Source of the DNA: Alphaproteobacteria bacterium
Lineage (GTDB): Bacteria > Pseudomonadota > Alphaproteobacteria > MPNO01 > UBA830
Direction: 5' to 3'
Assembly: GCA_965243135.1 (NCBI GenBank)
Contig: OZ251539.1
Location: 192,001 to 256,000 of the forward strand
DNA length: 64,000 bases
A program made the position numbers and the translations under genes. The notes below the pieces were generated by a model. That model was not told where the DNA came from. It ran no database searches and saw only the letters and a program-made list of their open reading frames with translations. Below, one piece after another: positions 15,001 through 30,000 of the stretch. Position 1 is the stretch's first letter, and each line of letters starts with the position of its first letter.

Positions 15001-18000
15001 CTACGACGGGGTGGCGGCGATCGGCGCGCCGGTGAAGACCACGGACGACGACGCGGCGGGGCTCGTGGCGTCGGCGAGCGCGGTGACGGTGACGGAGGGC
15101 GGGGCGGATGCGGCCTTCACGGTGAAGTTGGCCAGCAAGCCGGAAGCGGACGTGACGGTGACCGCGACGAGCGCGGACGGCGGCGACGCGCGGGTCGCCG
15201 CCGGGGCGGCCTTGAGCTTCGCGGGCATGCAGATCCTGACCTTCACCGCCGACGACTGGAGCGCGGCGCAGACGGTGACCGTGCGGGCGGTGGACGACGC
15301 CGTGGACGAGGCCGACCGCGAGCCGGTCGCGATCGCCCTGGATCCGGCGAGCGCGGGCGATAGCCTGTACGACGGCCTGGCGGACGAGATCGTGACCGCG
15401 ACGGTGATCGACGACGACGCGGCGCCGACGGCGGCCCTGGCCCTGTCGGCCGCGTCGATTTCCGAGTCGGGCGGCGTGGCGACGGTGACCGCGACGCTTT
15501 CCGGCCCGTCGAGCGCCGCGGTGACCCTCACGGTGTCCGCGTCGGCGGTGTCGTCGTCGGACGCGGAGGACGCGGACTTCGCGCTGAGCGCGGCGAGGAC
15601 CCTGACCATCGCGGCGGGTTCGACCGCGAGCGCGGGCGTCGTGACCGTCGCGGCGGTGGACAACGACGCGCACGCGCCGGACGAGGACCGGAAGGTGGCG
15701 GTCTCGGCCACGGTCGCGGGAGGGCGCGGGGCGGTGGCGGCGCCCGCGGACGAAACCTTGACCCTGACCGACGACGAGACGCTGCCGGAGGCGGCGCTGG
15801 CGCTGTCGATGAACCCGATCTCCGAGAACGGCGGCATCGCGACGGTGACCGCGACCCTGTCCGGCAAGTCCGGCGAGGCGGTGACGATCACGGTGGCGGC
15901 CGTGGCGGGGATCAACGCGGACGCGGACGACTTCGCGCTGAGCGCGGCGAGGACCCTGACCATCGCGGCGGGTTCGACGGCGAGCGCGGGGACGGTGACG
16001 ATCGTGGCGATCGACGACGCGACGGCGGGGCCGGGCAAGCAGGTGACCGTCTCGGGAACGGCCGCGGGCGGCAACGGGGTGGCGGCCCCGGACGACGTGA
16101 TCCTCGCCCTCACGGACGACGACGGCGTGCCCCAGGTGGTGCTGGCGCTCTCGCCCGCCGCCATCGACGAGAGCGGCGCCGGCAACGTCGCGACGGTGAC
16201 CGCGACGTTGAGCGAGACGGCGCGCTCGGCGGTGACCGTCACGGTGTCCGCGGCGGCGGTGGCCGCCTCGGGCGCGGAGGACGCCGACTTCGACCTGAGT
16301 CCGGCCCCGACGCTGATCATCGCGGCGGGTTCGACGGCGAGCGCGGGGACGGTGACGATCGCCGCGGCGGACAACGACGTGGACGCGCCGGACAAGCGGG
16401 TGAAGGTGTCGGGAACCGCGGCGAGCGACCGGACCGTCGAGCAGCCCGTGGACGTGACCCTGACCATCGCCGACGACGACCCGACGCCGACGGCGACCTT
16501 GGCGCTCGGACCGTCGTCGATTTCGGAGTCGGGCGGGGTGTCGACGGTGACGGCGGCGTTGAGCGGGGCGTCGGCCGCGGACACGACGATCACGGTGTCC
16601 GCGGCGGCGGTGGCCGCGTCGGGCGCGGCGAACGACGACTTCATGCTGAGTCCGGCGACGACCCTGACCATCGCGGCGGGTTCGACGGAGAGCGTCGGCG
16701 CGGTCACGGTGACGGCGAAGGGCAACGCCGTGGACGCGCCGGACAAGCAGGTGAAGGTGTTGGGGGCGGCGTCCAATTCCCACGGGGTCGCCGCGCCCTC
16801 CGAAGAGACGCTGACCGTCGTCGACGACGACGACCCGCCGACGGCGACGCTGGCGCTGTCGAGGACGGTCCTCGAGGAGGACTCGAATGCCGCGGCGGAC
16901 CGGCGGAGCGCGACGGTGACGGCGACCCTGAACCATCCCTCGCACGCGGCGGTGACCGTCACCGTGTCCGCGGCGGCGGGCGCCAACGCGGACGCGGACG
17001 ACTTCGCGCTGAGCGCCAACAGGACGCTGGCGGTGGCGGCGGGGCGGACCGTCAGCACCGGCACGGTGACGATCACGGCGGTGGACGACGCCGTCGACTC
17101 GACGGTCGCCGACAACGCCGCGCGCAAGCGGGTGATCGTGTCGGGCGCGTCCAGCGGGGCCGCGGATCCGGCCGTCGGAGTGGCGCACCCGGCGGACGCG
17201 GCCCTGGCCATCGTCGAGGACGACGACGCCGGCCTGGTGCTCGACCCGGCGCTTCCGGCGAACGCGAGCGATCCGTGGATCACGGCGGCCGAGGGCGGGA
17301 CCGCGGCCTTCGCGGTGAAACTGGCGACCGAGCCGACGGGGAACGTGACGGTCAAGGCCGCGAGCGGCGACGCCGGCGAGGGGACGCTGTCCTCGGGCGC
17401 CGGGACGCCGGCGGCCTCGACGACGCTGACGTTCACCGCCTCGAACTGGAACGCGGCGCAGACGGTGACGCTGACCGGCGTGACCGACGACACGGTGGAC
17501 GGCGACGTGGACTACGACTTGACCCTGGACCCGGACGGAGAATCCACGGACGCCTATCGCAACGCCGCTACGGTCGCCGCGAAGGCGCGGACGACGAACG
17601 CGGACGCGGCGGGGCTCGCGCTGTCGAGGACCGCGGTGACGGTGGCCGAGGGCGGGGACGGCGAGGCGTTCACGGTGGCGCTGGCGAAGCGTCCGCTGGC
17701 GGACGTGACGGTGACGGTGAAGACGGCGCGGAGCGAAGATGCCGGCCAGGTGGAGGTCGCGGCGGGAGGCGGCTTCGCGGCGTCGCGGACCCTGACTTTC
17801 ACCAACGGCGACTGGAGCGCCGCGCGGACGGTGACCGTGAAGGCGGTGGACGATGCGGTGGACGAGCCGGACGGCGACGTCGCCCTGGCGCTGGTGACGG
17901 AGAGCGCGGGCGCGGCGCCCTACGAAGCGCTCGCCCCCGTGACCGTGACGGCCAGGGTGAACGACGACGACGCGACCCCCACGGCGACGCTGGCGCTTAC

Positions 18001-21000
18001 GCCGTCGGCGATTTCGGAGGACGGCGGGGTTTCGACGGTGACGGCGACGCTGTCGGGCGCGGCGAGCGATCCGGTGACCGTCACGGTGTCGGCGGCGCCG
18101 GGCGCGGGGACGGACTTCACGCTGAGCGCGGCCAACGCCCTGACCATCGCGGCGGGTTCGACGACGAGCGCGGGGGACGTGACGATCGCGGCGACGAACA
18201 AGGATGCGACGGCGACCGCGAACCGAAGCGTGACGGTTTCCGGGACCGCGGCGGGCGAAAACGGGGTGGCGAACCCGCCGGACGCGACGCTGACGATCTT
18301 CGACGACGACGGGGACCCGAAAGTGTCGCTGGTGCTGTCGTCGTCGTCGATTTCGGAGTCGGGCGGGGCGGCGACGGTGACGGCGGTGCTGAACCGCGCC
18401 GTCCCCGGCGCGGCGGTGACGGTCACGGTGTCCGCGGCGGCGGGGACCGGCGCCGCGGACGGCGACTTCAGCCTGTCGAACCCGGCGACGCTGACCATCG
18501 CGGCGGGAGCCACGGCGAGCGCGGGGGCGGTGACGGTGACGGCCGTGGACAACGACGTCGATTCGCCGAACAAGCAGGTCGAGGTTTCGGGCCAGGCGGC
18601 CAGCTCGGCGACGGTCTCCGGCCCCGACGCGGCGGCTCTCGCGCTGGTCGACGACGACCCGACGCCGGCGGCGACGCTGGCGTTGTCGCCGTCGTCGATC
18701 TCGGAGTCGGGCGGGGCGGCGACGGTGACCGCGACGCTGTCCGGCGCGTCGAGCGAAGCGGTGACGTTGACGGTGGCGGCCGCGCCGGGGGCGGGCGCGG
18801 CCGGGGCGGACTTCGCGTTGAGCGCGGCGAAGACGCTGACCATCGCGGCGGGTTCGACGGCGAGCGCCGGCGCGGTGACGGTGACCGCGAACGGCAACGA
18901 CGTGGATTCGCCGGACAAGTCGGTGACGGTCTCCGCGACCGCGGCGGGCGGCAACGGGGTGGCGGACCCGCGCGGCGCGGCCTTGACGCTGGCCGACGAC
19001 GACCCGACGCCGACGGTGACGCTGGCGCTGTCGGACTCGTCGATTTCGGAGAACGGCGGCGTATCCACGGTGACCGCGACGTTGTCGGGCGCGTCGAGCG
19101 CGGCGACGACGGTGACGGTTTCGGCGGCGCCGGCCGGCGCCGTGACGCTGAGTCCCAACCGGGCGCTGGTCATCGCCGCCGGGGCCACGGCCAGCACGGG
19201 TCTGGTGACGGCGACGGCGGTGGACAACCGGGCGGTGGAGCCGGCCAGGGAGGTGACGGTTTCGGGCGCGTCCGCGGGCGGCAACGGGGCGGCGGACCCG
19301 GCGGACGCGACGCTGACCGTCACCGACGACGACGCCCCGCGGGTGACGCTGGCGCTGTCGCCGCCGTCGATTTCGGAGGGCGGCGTTGCCACGGTGACCG
19401 CGACGCTCGACAAGACCTCCACCGCGGCGGTGACGGTCACGGTGTCCGCGTCCGCGGGGGCGGACACGGACGGCGCGGACTTCGCCCTGAGCGCGGCGAA
19501 CACGCTCACCGTCGCGGCGGGTTCGACGGCCAGCGCCGGCGCGGTGACGGTGACCGCGGTGCAGGACGCCCTGGACGAGGCGGACGGGGCGGTGACGGTG
19601 ACGGGCCGGGTGGACAGCAGCGTGCGGGAGATCTCCGACCCGGCCGCCGCGACGCTGGCGATCGCCGACGACGACGCGGCGCCGGCGCTGTCGATCTCCT
19701 CGCCGACGGCGGCGGAGGGGAGTTCGGGCGGGGAGACGAGGACGGCGCTTTCGTTCGAGGTAACGCTGTCGGCGGCGAGCGGGCGGGAGGTGAAGGTGAA
19801 CTTCGCCGACGTCGTCTCCGGGGCGGGGGCCGGCACGGCGGCGGCGAGTTACGATTATACGGCGCTGTCGTCGGGGGCGCTGACGCTGACCATCGCGGAG
19901 GGCGCGACCGCGGCGACCGCGGGGACGCTGACCTTCGCGGCCGGCGAGACCAGCAAGACCCTGGACGCGGCGGTGGTCGCCGACAAGATCAACGAGCCGG
20001 ACGAGACCGTGAAGCTGACGCTTTCCGGCGCGGTGAACGCGACCCTGGCGACCGCGACCGGGACCGGAACCATTACCGACGACGACGACCCGCCGACGCT
20101 GGGCTTCGAGAACACGGCGCTGCGCGAGACCGAGGGCGACGACATGAACGTTCCGCCGGCCAGCGCGCAGGCCAGCGTCTGCGCGGTTCTAAACGAGCCG
20201 ACCGGCTATGGCCGGGTCGGCGCGAAGCTCTCGACCAGCGACGGCACGGCGGCCGCAGGGGCGGACTACAAGGCCATCGTGTCGCAAGACACCGGCTTCC
20301 CCCAGACCCAGGGCGGTCTGGCCGGCGACACCGCCACCTCGCGTCAATGCAGCTCGGTCGAGTGGGTAAAGGACGAGCTGGACGAGCACGACGAGACCTT
20401 CGTCGTCACCCTGCACAACCTGACGGGCCGCGCGACTCTGGCGCCGAACAGGGCCGCCGCGACGCTCACCATCGTCGACGACGACGACGCGCCGACCCTG
20501 TCGCTGGCGCTGTCGGACCCGATTTCGGGCCAGCCGAACACCATCAAGGAGCTGGCCGCGGCGCCCTCCGCCGAGCGCATGGCCACGGTGACCGCCAGCC
20601 TGAGCGCGGTATCGGGGGCGGCGGTGACGGTGACGGTTCAGGCGGCGCCGGGAACCAATGCGGCGGCGGACGATTTCACGCTTTCCGCCAACACGAAGCT
20701 GACCATTGCGGCCGGCGCCACCGCCAGCACCGGCGTGGTGACGATTACGGCGGTGGACGACCGCATCGACTCCATCGTGGACAGCACCGTCGCCGGCAAG
20801 AAGGTAACGCTTTCGGCCAGCGTGGCCGGGACGGCGAGCCAGATGGCGGCGGCGACCGATTCCCAGGGGAATCCGACGGCGGTGGCGGAGCTGCTGATCT
20901 GGGAGGACGACCGCGCCGCCCTGGTGACCGACCCGGCCTTCCCGCGCTGCCGCCGGTCGCCGTGCCCGGTGTGGATCGACGTGGACGAGGGGGCGAGCGA

Positions 21001-24000
21001 GACCTTCACCGTGAAGCTGAACAGCCGGCCGACCACGAACGTCACGGTGGCGGTCAAAAGCAGCGATGCGGACGAAGGGCTGGTGTCTTCGGGCGCCGGC
21101 GCGGCGGCGGCATCGACCAGGCTGACCTTCACGGCGGCGAACTGGGCGACGGCGCAGACGGTGACCCTGCACGGCGTGGCCGACAACGTGGTGGACGGCG
21201 ACGGCGACTACACCATCCGCCTGTTCCCGGACACCCCGGACGAGGCGACGGATGCTTATCACGTCATAGGCGGTGCGAGCGTGCGCCCGCAGACCGTGCG
21301 GACGACCAACGTGGATGCGGCCGGGCTGACGGTATCGAAGAGCGCGGTGACGGTGACCGAGGGCGGGGCCGGCGAGGCGTTCACGGTGAAGCTGGCGAGC
21401 AAGCCGGCGGGGGCCGTGACCGTGACCGCCGCCAGCGCCGCCGCCGACGAGGCGCGGCTGAGCGTGGGCGTGGGCCCTACGGAGGGATCGAAGGATCTGG
21501 TCTTCACGCCTGGCAACTGGAACCAGCCGCGGCAGTTGACCGTGAAGGCGGTGGACGACACGACGGACGAGGCCGACGGCGAAGAGGTCGTCATCACCCT
21601 GGACCCGAAGAGCGCGGACGATGCCGATTACGGCGCCGCCGGCCTCGCGAACGGGACCGTGACCGCGACCGTGAACGACAACGACGACGCGCCGACGGTG
21701 ACGCTGGCGGCGTCGCCGTCGTCGATTTCCGAGAGCGGCGGCGAGGCCACGGTGACCGCGACTCTCTCCGGCGCATCGGCCGAGCCGACCACGGTGACGG
21801 TGACGGGAGTCTCCGGCTTCTACGCCGCGGGTTCGGACGCGACCATCGTGATCGCGGCGGGGCAGACGGCGAACGCCGCCGATACGGCCACGGTGGATGC
21901 GGTGGACGACGACGTCCACCAGGGCAGCGCCGGGCGTTCGACGACGGTGACCGCGACGGTCGGGAACGGCGTGGGCGCCGGCGCGGTGACCGGGGCGGCG
22001 CTGATCCTGACCGACGACGAGGCGGCGCCGGGGGCGACGCTCTCCCTGTCGGACGCCTCGATTCCCGAGAACGGCGGGACGTCGGCGGTGAGCGCGACGC
22101 TCTCCCGCGCGTCGGCCGCGGCCACGACGGTGACCGTTACGGCGGTGGCGGGGGCCTACACGGTGGGTTCGGACGCCACCATCGTGATCGCCGCCGGGGA
22201 CACGACGGCCGCCTCCGACACGGCGGCGATCGCCGCGGTGGACAACGCGACGGACGAGGCGGACCGGAAGGCGACGGTGACGGGCACGCTCGCCAACGGC
22301 CTGGGCGCGGGCGCGGTGACCGGGGCGGAGCTGACGCTGGAGGACGACGACGCGGCGCCGACGCCGATCATGTCGATATCGCCGTCGTCGTCGCCGATTT
22401 CCGAGAACGGCGGGACGGCGACGGTGAGCCTGACCCTCTCGCACCCGTCCAGCGCGGCGACCACGTTGACGGTGGCGGCGTCCGCGGGGGTCTACACGGT
22501 GGCTTCGGGGGCGGGGGGCGCCATCGTCATCGCCGCCGGCGAGACGGCGAACGCCTCGGACACGGTGGTGATTACCGCGGTGGACAACGACGTGGACGCG
22601 GACACCCGGACGGTATCGCTGCGCGCCACGCTGGTGAACGATCAAGGCCTGTCGCTCACGAGTCTGAGCGCGGGGATCGAATTCGCCGACGACGACACCG
22701 CGGGGGTCTCGGTCGCGCCGGCGACGTCGACGTCGTCGCGGCTGCAAACGACGGAGGCGGGCGGTCAGGCGACCTTCGCGGTGACGCTGGACACCGAGCC
22801 GACGGGCGACGTGGTGCTCGGCGTCGCGAGCTCGGACACGACGGAAGGCACGGCGTCGCCGTCGTCGCTGACCTTCACGGCGACGACCTGGAACGCCGCG
22901 CAGACGGTGACCCTGACCGGCCAGGACGATGCTCCCGCCAACCCCACCGACGGCAGCCAGGACTACTCGGTCACCCTGACGGTGAACCAGACCAGCACGG
23001 CGGACGCCAACTACGACGCGCTTTCGGCCGTCACCGTGTACGCCGCCAACCGCGACGACGATTTGGGCCTGGACGTGGGCGCGGTGGCCGGCCAGGCGAC
23101 CGAGGCGGGCGGGACGGCCACCTTCACCGTGGCGCTGCTGTCCCAGCCGTCGGCCGCGGTGACGATCTCGGTGCAGAGCCGGGATACCGGCGAAGGGCTG
23201 GTGTCCACGGGCGGCGGTGCGCCGGCGTCCTCGACGACGCTGACCTTCGCGACGGGGGCCTGGAACGTCGACCAGACGGTGACGGTGACCGGCCAGGACG
23301 ACGCCGTCCACGACGGCGCGGCGACCTGGACGGTGCGCCTCGACCCGGCGAGCGGCGACCCCGGCTACAACGGACTCGCGGACGAGGACGTGTCGGTGTC
23401 CACCACAGACGACGAGGATCCGCCGACGGTGAAGCTGGCGCTGTCGCCGTCGTCGATTTCGGAGAACGGCGGCGAGGCCACGGTGACCGCGACCCTCTCC
23501 GGCGCATCGGCCGAGCCGACCACGGTGACGGTGACGGGAGTCTCCGGCTTCTACGCCGCGGGTTCGGACGCGGCCATCGTCATCGCGGCGGGGCAGACGG
23601 CGAACGCCGCCGATACGGCCACGGTGGCGGCGGTGGACGACGACGTCCACCAGGGCGCGGCCGGGCGCGGGACGACGGTGACCGCGACGGTCGGGAACGG
23701 CGTGGGCGTCGGCGCCGTGACCGGGGCGGCGCTCACCCTGACCGACGACGAGGCGGCGCCGGGGGCGACGCTTTCCCTGTCGGACGCCTCGATTTCCGAG
23801 AACGGCGGGACGTCGGCGGTGAGCGCGACGCTCTCCCGCGCGTCGGCCGCGGCGACGACGGTGACGGTGACGGCGGCGGCGGGAGCCTACGCGGTGGGTG
23901 CGGACGCGACCATCGTCATCGCCGCCGGGGACACGACGGCCGCCTCGGACACGGCGGCGATCATCGCGGTGGACAACGCGACGGACGAGGCGGATCGGAC

Positions 24001-27000
24001 GGCCACGGTGACGGGCACGCTCGCCAACGACCTGGGCGTGGGCGCGGTGACCGGGGTGGAGCTGACGCTGGAGGACGACGACGCCGCGCCGACGGCGACG
24101 CTGTCGGTGGCGGCGCCCTCGATTTCGGAGGACGGCGGGACGACCGCGGTGAGCGCGACGCTGAACCGCCCGTCGAGCGCGGCGACGACGGTGACGGTGA
24201 CGGCGGCGGCGGGGGCCTACACGGTGGATTCGGGGGCGGGGGCCACCATCGTGATCGCTGCGGGGCAGACCGCGAACGTCTCGGACACGGCGACGATCAC
24301 CGCGGTGGACAATGACGTGGACGCGGCGGACAACGCGGTGACGGTGGCGGGCGCGGCCACGAACGACCAGGCCGCGGCCGATACGGAGACGGTGTCCGTG
24401 ACCGGGGCGTCGCTGACCATCACCGACGACGACGCGGCGGGGGTCGCGGTCTCGCCCGCGACGTCGACCTCGTCGCGGCTGCGGACGACGGAGGCGGGCG
24501 ACCGGGCGACGTTCACGGTGACGCTGGAGAGCGAGCCGACGGGGAACGTGGTGCTCGACGTCGCGAGCTCGGACACGGCCCAGGGCACGGCGTTTCCGTC
24601 GTCGCTGGTCTTCACGGCGCTGAACTGGAGCACTGCGCAGACGGTTACCCTGACCGGCGTGGACGACAGCCCCGGCGCGGCCGACGGCAGCCAGACCTAC
24701 GAGGTCACGCTGACGATGAACCAGACGAGCACCGCGGACGCCAATTACGACGCGCTCTCCGCACTCACCGTGTACGCGGTCAATGCGGACGACGAGTTCG
24801 GCCTGAACGTGGGGACGGTATCCGGCCAGGCGACCGAGGCGGGCGGCCAGGCGACCTTCCCGGTGAAGTTGCTGACCCAGCCGACCGAGGCGGTGACGGT
24901 ATCCGTCTCCAGTCTGGACCCCGGCGAGGGCATGGCGTCGCCGTCGTCGCTGACCTTCGGGACGACGAACTGGGACACGGCGCAGACGGTGACGGTGATC
25001 GGCGCGAACGACGACGTCGACGACGGCGACGCGAGCTGGCAGGTGCGGCTGGACCCGGCCAGCGGCGACGTCGACTACAACGGCCTCGCGAACGTGGACG
25101 TATTGGTGAGCACGACCGACGACGACGGCGCGCCGGCGGTGACGCTGGCGCTGTCGCCTTCGAGCATCGACGAGAGCGGGACGGCCAATACGGCCGCGGT
25201 GCGGGCGACCCTCTCGCGCGCCTCGGGCGCGGCGACGACGGTGACGGTGACGGCGGTTCCGGGCTTCTACGCGGTGGGTTCGGACGCGACCATCGTGATA
25301 GCCGCCGGGGATACGGCGGCCGCCTCCGACACGGCGGCAATCACGGCGGTGGACAACGACGTCGACGAGCCCGACCGGACGCCGACGGTGACGGCGACGG
25401 TGGCGAACGACCGGGCCGCCGCCGATGCCGCGACCATGGCCGTCACCGGCGCGACGCTGACGATCCGCGACGACGACGCGGCGCCGAACGTCACGCTGTC
25501 GCTGAGCCCGGCGTCGATCGCCGAGAACGGCGGGACGTCGGCGGTGCGGGCGACGCTCTCGCGGGCGTCGAGCGCGGCGACGACGGTGACGGTGACGGCG
25601 GTTCCGGGCTTCTACGCGGTGGGTCCGGACGCGACCATCGTGATTGCCGCCGGCGACACGACGGCGACCAGCGACACGGTGACCATTACCGCCGTGAACA
25701 ACGACATCGACGAGCCCAACCGGACGGCGACGGTGACCGCGACGGTGGGCAACGGCCAGGGCGCGGGCAGCGTGACCGGGGCCACGTTGACCTTGACCGA
25801 CGACGAGACGCTGCCGACGGCGACGCTGGAGCTGAACCCGGCGTCGATTTCGGAGAACGGCGGGGTTTCGACGGTGACCGCGCGCCTGACCGGCAAGTCG
25901 AGCGCGGCGGTGACGATCACGGTGGCGGCGGCGGCGGGAACGGGGGCGTCGTCGGCGGACTTCGCGCAGAGCGGCGCGACGCTGACCGTCGCGGCGGGGG
26001 CCACCGCGAGCGCGGGCAGGGTGACGGTGACGGCCAACGACAACGACGCGGCCTCGGGCAGCAAGCAGGTGACGGTGTCGGCGACGGCCGTCGGCGGCAA
26101 CGGGGTGGCGGATCCGGCGGATGCGACGCTGACGGTGACCGACGACGACGCGCCGCAGCCGACGCTGCATCTGTCGTCGTCGTCGATCGGGGAGAACGGC
26201 GGCGCGACCACGGTGACGGCGACGCTGGACCGGGTGTCCACCGTGGCGGTGACGGTGACGATTTCGGCTTCGCCCGGCTCGGGGACGGACTTCACGCTGA
26301 GTTCGGCGAAGACGCTGACCTTCGCGGCCACCTCCACCGTCAGCGCCGGCGTGGTGACGATCACGGCGAGCGACAACGATACGGATGCGCCGGACAAGAC
26401 GGTGACGGTATCCGGCACGTCGTCCGACAGCCTGGGCCTCGCCAACGACCCGTCCTCGGTGACGCTGGCCATCGCCGACGACGACGCGGCCCCGGGGGTG
26501 ACGCTCTCCCTGTCGGACGCCTCGATCGCCGAGAACGGCGGGACGTCGGCGGTGTCGGCGGCGCTCTCCCATCCGTCGAGCGCGGCGACCACGGTGACGG
26601 TCACGGCGGTTTCGGGGGCCTTCACGGTCCCTTCGGGCGCGGCCGGCTACATCGTGATCGCGGCCGGCGACACGACGGCGGCCTCGGACACGGTGACGGT
26701 CACGGCGGTGAACAACGACGTGGACGAGCCGAACCGGATGGCGACGGTGACCGCGACGGCGGCGAACGACCAAGGCGCCGGCGGCGTCACCGGCGCCACG
26801 CTGACCCTGGAGGACGACGAGGCGGCGCCGACGGTGACCCTGTCGGTGAACCCGGGGTCGATTTCGGAGAACGGCGGGACGGCGACGGTGCGCGCGACGC
26901 TCTCGCACCCTTCCAGCCAGCCGACCACGGTGACGGTGACGGCGCAGGCGAACGCCTACACGGTGGAGTCGGGGGCGGGCGGGACCATCGTCATCGCGGC

Positions 27001-30000
27001 GGGGCAGACGGTGAACGCCTCGGACACGGCGACCGTTACCGCGGTGGACAACGACGTGGACGCGGCGGACAACGCGGCGACGGTGACGGGAACGGCCGCC
27101 AACGGCCACGGCGTGACGGCGACCGCGACCGGCGCGTCGCTGACCATCACCGACGACGACGCGGCGGGGATCGAGATGGATCCGGCGACGACGACGACAT
27201 CGCGGGTGCGGACGTCGGAGGACGGCAGCGCGGCCACGGTGGACGTGACGCTGGCCAGCGAGCCGACGGGGGACGTGAGGATAAACGTGGCGAGTTCGGA
27301 CACCGGCGAGGGCGCGGCGTCGCCATCGTCGCTGACCTTCACCTCGACCAACTGGAACATGGCGCAGACAGTGACGCTGACCGGGGTGGACGACAACCCC
27401 GACGCGGCCGACGGCAGCCAGAACTACCAGGCGACGCTGACGGTGGACACGGCCAACACGGCGGATGCCTACTACGACGCGCTTTCCGCCGTGACCATCT
27501 ACGCCGTCAACGCGGACGACGAGTTGGGCCTGGACGTGGGCGCGGTGATGGGCCAGGCGACGGAGGCGGGCGGCGCGGCGACCTTCACCGTGAAGCTGGT
27601 GACGGATCCCGCCTTGGCCACGGCTCCTTCGCAGTCGGTGACGGTGTCGGTCTCCAGCCGGGATACCGGCGAGGGTACCGTGTCGCCGCCGTCGCTGACC
27701 TTCACGGCGGGCAGTTCGGGAACCTGGAACGTCAACCAGACGGTGACGGTGACCGGCGCGGACGACGCCGTCGACGACGGCACGGTGACCTGGGACGTGC
27801 GGCTGGACGCGTCGAGCACCGCCGGCTCCGACTACCACAACGTCCCGGACGTGGACGTGGCGGTGACCACCACCGACGACGACGGCCCGCCGACGGTGAC
27901 GCTGTCGCTGTCGCCTTCGAGCATCGACGAGAGCGGGACGGCCAATACGGCCGCGGTGCGGGCGACGCTCTCGCGCGCCTCGGGCGCGGCGACGACGGTG
28001 ACGGTGACGGCGGTTCCGGGCTTCTACGCGGTGGGTTCGGACGCGACCATCGTGATTGCCGCCGGGGATACGGCGGCGGCCTCCGACACGGCGGCGGTCG
28101 CGGCCGTCGACAACGACATCGACGAGCCGAACCGGACGGCGACGGTGACGGCGACGGTGGCGAACGACAGGGCCGCCGCCGATTCCACGACCATGGCCGT
28201 CACCGGCGCGACGCTGGCGATCAGGGACGACGACGCGGCGCCGAACGTCACGCTGTCGCTGAACCCGGCGTCGATCGCCGAGAACGGCGGGACATCGGCG
28301 GTGAGCGCGACGCTCTCGCGGGCGTCGAGCGCGGCGACGACGGTGACGGTGACGGCGGTTCCGGGCTTCTACACGGCGGGTTCGGACGCGACCGTCGTGA
28401 TTGCCGCCGGGGATACGACGGCGGCCTCCGACACGGCGGCGATCGCGGCGGTGGACAACGACATCGACGAGCCGAACCGGACGGCGACGGTGACGGCGAC
28501 AGCGGGCAACAGCCAGGGCGCGGGCAGCGTGACCGGGGCCACGTTGACCTTGACCGACGACGAGACGCTGCCGACGGCGACGCTGGTTCTGAACCCGGCG
28601 TCGATTTCGGAGGCCGGCGGGGTGGCGACGGTTACGGCGACGCTGGACGGCAAATCGAGCGCGGCGGTGACGTTGACGGTGGCCGCGGCGGCGGGGACCG
28701 GCGCGGTTTCGGGGGATTTCTCGCAAAGCGGCGCGACGCTCACCATCGCGGCCGGTTCGACCGCCAGCGCGGGCAGGGTGACGGTCCGGGCCAACGACAA
28801 CAGCGCGGCCACGGGCAGCAAGCAGGTGACGGTTTCGGGGACGGCCGCGGGCGGCAACGGGGTAGCGAACCCGACGGCGGCGACGCTAACCCTGACCGAC
28901 GACGACACGCCGCAGGTGACGCTGGCGCTGTCGTCGTCTTCGGTTTCGGAGAACGGCGGCGTCGCGACGGTGACGGCGACGCTGGACCGGACGTCCGCCG
29001 TGGCGGTGACGGTGACGGTTGCGGCTTCGCCCGGCTCGGGGACGGACTTCACGCTGAGTTCGGCGAAGACGCTGACCTTCGCGGCCAACGCCACCGCCAG
29101 CGCCGGCGTGGTGACGATCACGGCGAGCGACAACGACACGGATGCGCCGGACAAGACGGTGACGGTATCCGGCACGTCGTCCGACAGCCTGGGCCTCGCC
29201 AACGACCCGCCTTCGGCGATGCTGACGATCACCGACGACGACGCGGCGCCGGGGGTGACGCTCTCCCTGTCGGACGCCTCGATCGCCGAGAACGGCGGGA
29301 CGTCGGCGGTGTCGGCGACGCTCTCCCACCCGTCGAGCGCGGCGACGACGATCACGGTGACAGCTGTCTCCGGCTTCTACACGGCGGGTTCGGACGCGAC
29401 CATCGTGTTCGCGGCCGGGGACACGACGAATGCCACCGACACGGCGACGATCGCGGCGGTGGACAACGCGACCGACGAGCCGAACCGGATGGTGACGGTG
29501 ACCGGCGCGATGACCAACGACCAGGGCGCGGGCAACGTCGCCGGCGTGACGCTGACCCTGGAGGACGACGACGCGACGCCGGTGACGACGCTGCGTCTGT
29601 CGTCGTCGTCGATTTCGGAGAACGGCGGGACGACGAGGGTGACGGCGACGCTGGACCGTCCGTCGAGTCGGCCGACGACGGTCACGGTGGCGGCGGCGGC
29701 GGGGACCGGCGCAACGTCTTCGGACTTCGCGCAGAGCGGCGCGACGCTGATCGTCGCGGCGGGTTCGAGGGCGAGCGCGGGCGTGGTGACGATCACGGCG
29801 GTGGACAACGACGCCGACGCGCCGGACAAGCAGGTGACGGTTTCGGGAACGTCGGCGAACGACCACGGCAAGACGAACCCGTCGAACGTGACGCTGACGA
29901 TCTCGGACGACGAGGCGACGCCGACGGCGCGGCTGATCTTGACGCCGTCGACGATTCTGGAGAACGGCGGGGTGTCGACGGTGACGGCGGCGTTGTCGCA

